Below, in pieces: positions 6,717 to 13,393 of a stretch of 13,393 nt of DNA. The DNA lies in NCBI GenBank assembly GCA_016196885.1, contig JACPWU010000055.1:1-13393 (forward strand), in the 5' to 3' direction. Positions within the stretch are counted from its first letter, which is position 1. Each line of letters begins with the position of its first letter. Under the pieces are notes generated by a model. It ran no database searches. It saw only the letters and a list, made by a program, of their open reading frames with translations, and was not told the DNA's origin. A program made the position numbers and the translations under genes. The stretch is from Chlamydiota bacterium (GTDB lineage Bacteria > Auribacterota > JACPWU01).

Positions 6717-7697
6717 CTACGACCCATACGCCAACTGGTTTGAGGTTAGTGCCCCCTGACAACTTGAGCCGCATCCAGCAGTACATGCAAAACAATGGTT
6801 GGCCATCAGGATAGGAGCTTCTTTCAAATCCTTTAAACAGACGTCGAAAATAGTTACTGGTTTTCCATTTCTAATTTGAATCCCAAGCATTTGATTAAAA
6901 TCGCAATCATAAATCCTTCCATCCCATCCGACACTTAAAGTGTCTCGGCACATCAATTCCCCTAAAGTTCCGGGATTAAAGCTGTTAATTAAGAGTTCGA
7001 TATAAGATTCATAATGACTGAGGGCCTTCAGGTATTTTGCATAACGCGTGATGGGCATATTGGTAATCGTGTAAAGCTGGTTAAACGCAATTCCAAAATC
7101 ATCGCGAAGTCTCTTTTTGTAATCCGCTTCCAACTCCGCTTGAGAGGGCGGAAGATGAGGGCCTACTGGATTGTAAACTAAATTGAGAGCAAGCCCCGAT
7201 TCCGGCCGGCCATAGCCTAACCGGTTCAGCCATTGAAGCGCTTCGATAGACTTTGCAAAGGTTCCACGCCCTCGCTGCTCATCCACATTCTCCTTGGAGT
7301 AGCACGGAAGTGAAGCAATAACCTCAACCTGATGTTGAGCTAAAAAATCAGGGATGTCCTCCATTCCATGCTCAAAAAAAACGGTTAAATTGCAGCGATC
7401 GATCACATGAAGATTCTTGCGTCTTCCCTCCTTAATCAGATATTTAAAATGGGGATTCAGCTCAGGGGCTCCGCCCGTGATATCCAACGTTTCGAAACAA
7501 GCTTGATCCATCAACCTGACCACAGCCTCTGCTGTGGCGCTCGTCATATTCTCTTTCTTTTTTGACGGCCCAGCCTCGACATGACAATGGACACAGGCAA
7601 GATTGCAAAGCTTACCGACATTGACTTGGAGGATATGAAGCTTGCCCTTTTTCAACTTTACGCCCAGCGCTGTAAGTTTCTGATCAAAATGATTCAT
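6717..7697 (-). CDS. arsS: ArsS-type radical SAM/Cys-rich-domain protein (arsenosugar-biosynthesis radical SAM family; all-Cys form of a family that includes selenoproteins)
   Basis: The radical SAM motif is CNLACVHCHV. Family blocks are present: LDITGGAPELNP, IDRCNLTV, ASLPCYSKENVDEQRG, LVYNP, TITNMPI and WDGRIYDCDFNQML. The C-terminal motif is HCFACTAGCGSSCQGAL. I start the gene at ATG 7697 (MNHFDQK), which overlaps the PiT stop as ATGA. The longer track ORF to 7805 would overlap the upstream gene by 112 nt. Confidence 0.85.
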   Translation of the reverse strand: MNHFDQKLTALGVKLKKGKLHILQVNVGKLCNLACVHCHVEAGPSKKKENMTSATAEAVVRLMDQACFETLDITGGAPELNPHFKYLIKEGRRKNLHVIDRCNLTVFFEHGMEDIPDFLAQHQVEVIASLPCYSKENVDEQRGRGTFAKSIEALQWLNRLGYGRPESGLALNLVYNPVGPHLPPSQAELEADYKKRLRDDFGIAFNQLYTITNMPITRYAKYLKALSHYESYIELLINSFNPGTLGELMCRDTLSVGWDGRIYDCDFNQMLGIQIRNGKPVTIFDVCLKDLKEAPILMANHCFACTAGCGSSCQGALTSNQLAYGS

Positions 7698-8530
7698 ACC
7701 TTCACCATAAACGTATTCAATACCCAAAAAACTGTTCCCGCCAGAACCGCGGCAAGCGGCAGGGTTAACACCCACGCCGAAACAATTCCCCCAATCATTT
7801 TCCATCGAGCCTTACCCGTCACCATCCCAATTCCAAAGAGTGAGCCACAGGAGACATGTGTTGTGGAGACAGGGAGTCCCCAGCGGGAGGCAAAAATCAC
7901 GAGAATGGAGGTGATTAAGTTGGCCGTGAAACCCTGTCCATGGTTCATCCGGGTGATTCGATGAGACATCGTATAAGCCACTTTTTTTGCGCTAAAGAAC
8001 CCGCCTGCTCCCATGACGACGCCCACTAAAAAAATATTCCAACTCAAACCCAATTCAAGCGCGCCTGCAGCGACTGAAAGCGCCACCATTTTCGGCGTGT
8101 CATTTAAACCCCGCGCAAAACTGACTGCACCCGCGCTCGCAAAATGGAAAAAATTCAAAACCTTTTGCGCATCAAGGCCAAACACTCTTCCTGCATAAAG
8201 CTCTACGGCCGTTCTATCGCATGAAACCTTATCTCCCACAAAAATATCCAAGGAACGCCCGTGAGATTCACAAAGAGAGCCTCCTGTATTTAAAGCCAGG
8301 CTTCTTACGGGAACGAACCGCTCCCCAACACAAACACAAGATTGCTTATTCACACGCAAGGCCAAGCGGACCCATCTGAAAAGAGGATAAATGATCGACG
8401 TTAAGACAAGGGCCATGAAGGGGCTCAAAATGAGCGGGAGAAAGAAATTCTTTCCTAGAACGGTATAGCCTAAATTGCCCTTGAGCGCCACAAATCCTGC
8501 CCCGCCAAGGCGCCTTACTATTACCCACAA
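7694..8530 (-). pseudogene. PiT (PHO4) family phosphate/anion transporter, 5'-truncated by the IS; native sequence ends at 8513
   Basis: PiT signature blocks are GLNDTPK and GLPVSTTHVSCGSLFGIG. The N-terminal GANDxA-type repeat half is missing. The track start (TTG at 8530) and the first 5 to 6 codons lie inside the IS left inverted repeat. Confidence 0.7.
8514..8529. repeat. IS left terminal inverted repeat CTTACTATTACCCACA
   Basis: It is the exact reverse complement of 10389..10404. Confidence 0.85.
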
Positions 8531-8565
8531 GTAGGGGTGATCCCTGTTTAAGATTTATATTTTCA

Positions 8566-8868
8566 TCATTGCCGTCTCTTCACATCCGATACCCATGGGG
8601 CATTTAGCAAAGCCTGTTTTAGGAGTAAGGCAATCTGTTTTTGAAACTGCCTGTACCGAGCCACTCGATTCTTGCACTCTCGTGCGACCTCCCTGCTGAT
8701 TGTTTTTGTAGTTCTCTTTCCTTCAAGAACCCCTGTCCAGCGATAGTAAGTTCCATGCAGCTTGGGTTGTTTGGATTGGCACACGCAGTTTTGTTTTCCA
8801 CACCGGCTTTTCGCCGTTGAAATGCTCCCAGGCAAAATAGGTCCTTTGAAATGGATGATTATTTTCAT
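8566..8868 (-). CDS. Small IS-internal Cys-motif protein (DUF6788-like: GS-x7-CGKxNCxC-x7-HGxYY), divergent from the transposase
   Basis: The 100-aa ORF reads PGSISTAKSRCGKQNCVCQSKQPKLHGTYYRWTGVLEGKRTTKTI, followed by a basic helical tail. It lies between the left repeat and the transposase start. The family assignment is from memory of the motif. Confidence 0.55.
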   Translation of the reverse strand: MKIIIHFKGPILPGSISTAKSRCGKQNCVCQSKQPKLHGTYYRWTGVLEGKRTTKTISREVARECKNRVARYRQFQKQIALLLKQALLNAPWVSDVKRRQ

Positions 8869-8934
8869 ATCTTAATGTATTATAGCATTAGGATACGATG
8901 GAATCAAAAGAATCAAATTCAATGGGGAGGGAAC

Positions 8935-10383
8935 ATGAATTCAAAGAAAGAGGAAAAGCACGCCGACGATTGGGCTGCCAAGGAGTTTGGAGCCATTGAT
9001 TTTGGAGACAAGCGACTGACAAAACGCCTTATTCAAATTGCCGATCGTTTATCAGAAGCACCCCAGTCCCCTATTAATCAGGCTTGTGGCAGGTGGGCTG
9101 AAACGAAGGCTGCCTATCGATTTTTTCAAAATGAGACTGTTTGCGAAAAGGACATCTTATCTTCACATGTACAACAAACAGTCGAAAGAACCAAAAAACA
9201 GGAAACGATCTTGGTGATCCAAGATACAAGCTACGTGGTCTATACAAGTCATGAAAAGACGACGGGTCTTGGCATGATCTCGGCAGCCCCAGGAAAGAAC
9301 GTAAAGGCGGTATCGACAAATGGACTGATCATGCATACCTCCTTTGCCGTCACGACGGAGGGACTCCCCATAGGTCTTTTAGATCAAAATGTTTTCTCTC
9401 GAAAATCTCAGTCGGAAGAATTAAAAGAGAAAAAGAAGAGGAGTCACAACACCAATGTGGCCATTGAAGACAAGGAAAGTATTCGTTGGCTAAACGCACT
9501 GAAAAAGACTCAAGGTGCGGTTTTGGGTTCCAAAGTGCATGTGGTGACTGTTTGCGATCGTGAAGGAGATTTTTATGAATTTCTAGAATGGGCGCATGAG
9601 CGGAATGCTTCTGTTTTGGTCAGAGCACGGGAAGATCGGAAGATCAATCAGTCTTCACGCTATTGTAAAACAAATAGCTGACTTTGGGGTACGATCTACG
9701 CCCTGCCCAGTCAGGGGATTATTGAAGTTGAGATTCCAGCCAGAAATCAAAAGCCCGCAAGAACTGCAAAACTAGAAACGAGGTTTGGTTCCTTTAGAAT
9801 GAATCCTCCTCGTAATCATATTCGACATAAAACCGAAAACTTACCTGATCTTAATCTCAATGCCGTGTACGTTGTGGAGACACACCCCCCGGATGGAGGA
9901 GAGGCGCTGGAGTGGATGTTACTGACGGATTTGCCTGTGACTCATTTTGATGAGGCCGTTGAAAAAGTGCGATGGTATTGTCTGCGTTGGCGAATAGAGG
10001 TTTTTCACAAAGTTTTAAAATCGGGGCTTCGGGTTGAACAGTGCAGACTCCAGACAGCAGATAGACTCATTCGGTATCTGACGGTCATGAGTATTATTGC
10101 ATGGAGAATCTATTGGACGACCTTGATTGCTCGCACAAATCCCCAGACGCCATGTACTTCCCTTCTTGCTGAAGAAGAGTGGAAGGTGTTGTATTCCAAG
10201 ATTCATAACACAAAATCATATCCCAAAAAGCCTCCGCCCATACGAGATGCCGTTCGTTGGATTGCGATGTTGGGCGGGTTTTTGGCCAGAAAATCAGATG
10301 GGGAGCCGGGAGTCACTACAGTGTGGCGAGGCTGGAAACGCTTATTTGACCTATCAGAGGGCTGGAACCTTGCTCAGACTTAG
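8935..10383 (+). pseudogene. IS4-family (Tn5 Tnp-like) DDE transposase with a single in-frame TGA at 9679..9681
   Basis: The start is ATG 8935, preceded by GGGGAGGGA. The N-terminus ADDWAAKEFGAIDFGDKRLTKRL resembles Tn5 AADWAKSVFSSAALGDPRRTARL. The DDE context is IQDTSY, VCDREGDFYEF and RWRIEVFHKVLK. The C-terminus reads LGGFLARKSDGEPGVTTVWRGWKRL. Both track ORFs are in frame 1, and 9682..9798 has no further stop. Confidence 0.85.
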
Positions 10384-10940
10384 ACATCTGTGGGTAATAG
10401 TAAGTTTAACACGGGATAACGTCCCTTCGTCACTTTCAATTCTGCTCGAGCCATTGCGTATTTTCCCTTAAGCTCATCGACTTGATCCTGAGAAATGAGA
10501 TTTGGGCTTTTTTTAATAAGTTCTCGAGCCCTTTCATACTGCGCTTTTTTCCAAGTCCAGTCCGCCTTGGCTTTTTTGATTTCGAGGGGAGCCAGGGCGA
10601 GCGCGGCTTTCTGGGCTTCGAGCTCCTTCATCAATTCAGGGATCTGAATTTGAGCCAAGACCTGTCCCTCCTTGACCCAAGAGCCGCGATCGACCTCCAA
10701 ACGGTCGAGATAGCCACTGACATGACCATAAATGATGACCTCTTGATCAGCCACAACATCTCCAGGAAGAACCAAGATACGATTCATGTCTTTCTTGAGG
10801 GGAATTTGTACCTCAACATGCGGTTGTTTTTCCAACTCCGAGGAAACACGATTCTTATCTTTTGAAATCAAAACCTTGATCCCGCTAACACCGACGATCA
10901 CAACAAAAAAAACAGCCAAAATAACAATGATTTTACGCAT
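10380..10940 (-). pseudogene. RND-type periplasmic adaptor (membrane fusion protein, HlyD family), 3'-truncated by the IS; native sequence is 10405..10940
   Basis: From ATG 10940 the protein starts MRKIIVILAVFFVVIVGVSG (membrane anchor). A lipoyl-type segment (GHVSGYLDRLEVDRGSWVKEGQVLAQI) and the start of the coiled coil follow. The reading frame then runs into the IS right repeat, so the last about 8 codons and the TAA are IS-derived. Only about half the expected length is present. Confidence 0.7.
10389..10404. repeat. IS right terminal inverted repeat TGTGGGTAATAGTAAG
   Basis: It is the exact reverse complement of 8514..8529. Confidence 0.85.
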
Positions 10941-13393
10941 GATTTGCCTCTCTCTTTTTGAACATGGAATATAAAATCGGTAGAATATACGCAGATAAAA
11001 CGGTCGATGAAAAGACGCCGCCAATCACGGCTCGAGCCAGGGGGATATTGGCTCCCCCCGCAATGGCCATGGGGACAAGCCCCAACATCGTCGCCAGTGA
11101 AGTCATGAGAATAGGTCTCAGACGAGGTTTTGAAGCTTGGAGAATGGCGTCATGGACCGTGGCCCCTTCGGCCAAAAGACGATTGGCAAAATCAACTCTT
11201 AAGACCGAAGAGGAAACTTCAATTCCGATCGCCATGATCATCCCCATCAGAGACTGAATGTTGATATGTATCCCCGTTAAAAACAACATCCACAAGACGC
11301 CAATCATCCCCAAGGGAACAGCGGACATCACGAGCAAAGGATCTTTCATCGAGCGGAATTGAACCACCATGACGAGATACACAAGCAAAACGGCTAGAAT
11401 CAATCCAAAACCTAAATCTCCAAATGAATCCTTCATACTTTTGACCTCCCCTCGGCTGATCAAACGATAGCCTGAAGGAAGCCTTCCTTCTTTTTCAATT
11501 TCGCCCATCACGGTTTCGACCTCTTTGGAAACACTGCCCAAATCCCGCCCTTCTACATCGGCGTAGACATCTATCACGCGATTAATATTATAGTGCGTCA
11601 CCTCGGAAGAAGCAGACGAACGTTTTAGATGGACGAGATTGTGCAAAAGAACAGGATCTCGTTGATTGGGTCCTGTAATCGGAACATTGAGAAGCGTTTC
11701 CAAATCCTTGAAATCCTTTTCAGGATATTGGGCGCCAATCCAATAATGGTTTCCGTTTTTCTCATCAATCCAGAAGGATTTTGAAAAACTAATCGATGAA
11801 TTAAACGCCGTCACGACATTTTTCACCACATCGTCTGGAGAAAGTCCCAGTTCGGCGGTCTTACGCCGATCCATCTCAATTTTAAATTGAGGATAGTCCA
11901 GCCGCTGCTGAATCCGAACATCCACGGTCCCTCGAATTTTTTTAATGCGTTTTTTGAGTTCCTCTGCGATCCCGTATGAGACATGCAAATCATTTCCCTG
12001 AACCTGAACATTGATCGGGGCCGACATTCCAAAATTAAGAGCGGAGCGAAGCATGCTGTTGGGTTCGAAGGTAAATTCAATTCCGGGATAGTGATCCGTT
12101 AGGACTTGGCGCAACTTTTTCATATATTCTCGATCGCTCATCGGCCGATGATCAAAAAGTTGAACCAGCATAAAGGCATCCTGCGGCCCAGAATTGGGCG
12201 TATAGGCCGCGGGCCAGTCATTTAAAACCCCAATATTGGTAATGAGTTTACGCAGATTTTTTGGGCCAATCTCTTCTCGCACCGTCTCCTCGACCTGAGC
12301 AAGAATTCGCTCCATTTCATTGACCTGAGTCCCGGAATTGGCCCTGACCCGAAGGGTCAACTGTCCTGAATCCACCTGAGGAAATAATTCTGTACCCACG
12401 AAAAAAATTAAAACGAGCGATGCAAAAAAAGCCGCTGCAACAAGGGCCAGCGCCTTTAGGCGAAAAGAGGACAGGACTCGATCAAGAGACCGCATGTAAA
12501 TTGCTTGAAGTTTTTCAAACGCATGAGCAAGCCCACCTGCAATACCTCTCTCTTCTTGAGCATGCAACGATTTTTTAAAAAATCTCGCCGCGCAAGCAGG
12601 GACAAGGGTCATCGCCATCACATAGGAAGCGGCCATGGCCAGCATCACCGCTAAAGCCAAAGGGGTAAATAAATATTTACCAATCCCCGTCAAAAAGATC
12701 ACGGGGAAAAAGACAATGCAAACCGTCATCACAATAATCAAAACAGGCTTGGCAACTTCTAGGGCCGCGTCCTGGGCCGCAACCGAGGGCTCCTTCCCCA
12801 TTTTCAAATGCCGCTCTGTATTTTCGAGCACCACAATGGATTGATCGATTAGAAGACCAATGGAAATAGCCAAACCTTCAAGTGTCATGGCATCCACAGA
12901 ATGCCCTGTAAAATAAAGTCCAATTAAGGCAGCCAGGATGGAAAGCGGCAGGGAAAGAAGAATAATCCAGGTCGAACGAAAACTTCTCAAAAAAAGTAAA
13001 ATCATGATCGCCGCAAGTAACGTCCCGATCAGTCCTTCATGGACAAGATTTCGAATTGATTCGCGAACAAAAGTAGATTGATCAAAAACAACTTCGAGAT
13101 CGACTCCCTTGGGCAATCTCGCATTCAACTCCGGAATCGCTTTACGCACCCCGTCTACCACCTTGAGCGTATTGGCGCCGGGCTAACGGTAAATCGGAAC
13201 ATACAGCTGTCTTTTCCCATCCACGCGCACAATATTAGACTGGAGTTCCGCGCTGTCCTGGGCACGGCCAATGTCTTTCAGGAGGACAGGGGCTCGACCG
13301 TCTAACTTGATCGGAAATTCATTCAGGCCCGAGGCTTGAGGCACCATCGCATTCGATTCAATCTGATATTCGATGGGCCCCATCCGAGCACTC
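10933..13393 (-). pseudogene. RND efflux permease (AcrB/CzcA superfamily), partial at the window edge, with an in-frame TAG at 13183..13185
   Basis: ORFs 13183..13383 and 10933..13161 are in the same frame. The minus strand reads ...QLYVPIYR-TAG-PGANTLKVVDGVRKAIPELN. RND blocks are present, including GLAISIGLLIDQSIVVLENTERH, with TM bundles and porter domains. The frame stays open to 13393. Confidence 0.8.

Larger units (their letters stand above)
8514..10404 (+). mobile_element. IS4-family, IS50/Tn5-like insertion sequence (about 1.9 kb) carrying a transposase pseudogene and a divergent small ORF
   Basis: The element is bounded by 16-bp perfect terminal inverted repeats. The left-end 19-mer CTTACTATTACCCACAAGT matches the Tn5 outside end CTGACTCTTATACACAAGT at 15 of 19 positions (from memory). 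The transposase is Tn5 Tnp-like and stops 5 nt before the right repeat. Confidence 0.8.

Noticed and set aside
7698-7805. A longer N-terminal extension of the ArsS ORF (MENDWGNCFG...).
   Set aside because: It would overlap the PiT gene by 112 nt, and the extension has no family similarity. The ATG at 7697 gives the classic ATGA stop/start overlap and an N-terminus typical for the family.
8851-8934. Upstream extensions of the transposase ORF (8851..8934) and of the adaptor ORF (10941..11024).
   Set aside because: The extensions lack similarity to the families. One overlaps the divergent small ORF and the other overlaps the permease 3' end. Internal ATGs with SD (8935) or a signal-anchor N-terminus (10940) fit better.
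867-9681. The in-frame TGA codons (867..869 and 9679..9681) might be recoded as selenocysteine, Trp (code 4) or Gly (code 25). The locus contains a member of a selenoprotein-containing family (ArsS), which made this worth considering.
   Set aside because: Nearly every well-supported gene here terminates at TGA at the expected family length (stops at 210, 1524, 3280, 3741, 4322, 5329, 7694, 8566). TGA is therefore a genuine stop. The two sites are in a TM helix and a non-conserved transposase linker, not redox sites. I saw no obvious SECIS-like hairpin just downstream. A TAG lesion and a frameshift in the same window point to decay instead.
8537-10420. There is partial similarity between the sequence just inside the left IS end (8537..8551, reverse complement TTAAACAGGGATCAC) and the sequence just outside the right end (10405..10420, TTTAACACGGGATAAC).
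   Set aside because: The match needs gaps and covers only about a dozen bases. The positions relative to the repeats are not symmetric. Chance similarity cannot be excluded without a genome-wide search.
529-13305. Antisense or alternate-frame ORFs from the track: 529..777, 1082..1291, 1321..1506, 2026..2220, 3099..3296, 4084..4341, 4915..5175, 5461..5664, 5785..5997, 6318..6551, 7581..7964, 8013..8198, 8346..8528, 8619..8801, 9074..9319, 10015..10206, 10127..10471, 10482..10865, 10786..10974, 10958..11257, 11823..12080, 12635..12844 and 13078..13305.
   Set aside because: All lie inside or opposite longer ORFs that have clear family signatures. None has a recognisable motif. They are shadow ORFs.

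Overview
All calls come from reading the sequence and recalling motifs; no database search was run. The window is almost entirely minus-strand coding, apart from one plus-strand IS transposase.

Gene order, read right to left in the direction of transcription:
- A partial RND efflux permease carrying an in-frame TAG.
- A membrane-fusion-protein gene that overlaps the permease by 8 nt and is cut off at its 3' end by an insertion sequence.
- An IS50/Tn5-like IS4-family element (8514..10404). It has 16-bp perfect terminal inverted repeats, a transposase with one in-frame TGA, and an extra divergent 100-aa Cys-motif ORF.
- A 5'-truncated PiT-family transporter gene abutting the other IS end. It is translationally coupled (ATGA) to an ArsS-type radical SAM/Cys-rich gene.
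- A 23-bp perfect AT-rich palindrome that overlaps a near-consensus promoter.
- An orphan AAA+ ATPase/DUF4143 gene.
- A roughly 165-nt near-continuous hairpin with 20-bp perfect terminal inverted repeats (MITE-like element or structured leader).
- A tight four-gene cluster: periplasmic DUF547 protein, MerT-HMA fusion, CopZ-N-terminal-like Zn/Fe-S protein, and a flavin plus NapH-like polyferredoxin membrane protein.
- A GT-C-type membrane glycosyltransferase split by an in-frame TGA.

The best candidate for an undescribed system is the mer-like cluster. It has Hg/soft-metal uptake and chaperone parts but no MerA, MerR or MerB. In their place it has a membrane-embedded flavo-iron-sulfur protein whose FAD motifs appear in permuted order.

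The second theme is unusually dense gene damage: three in-frame nonsense codons, one homopolymer frameshift and two IS-truncated genes.
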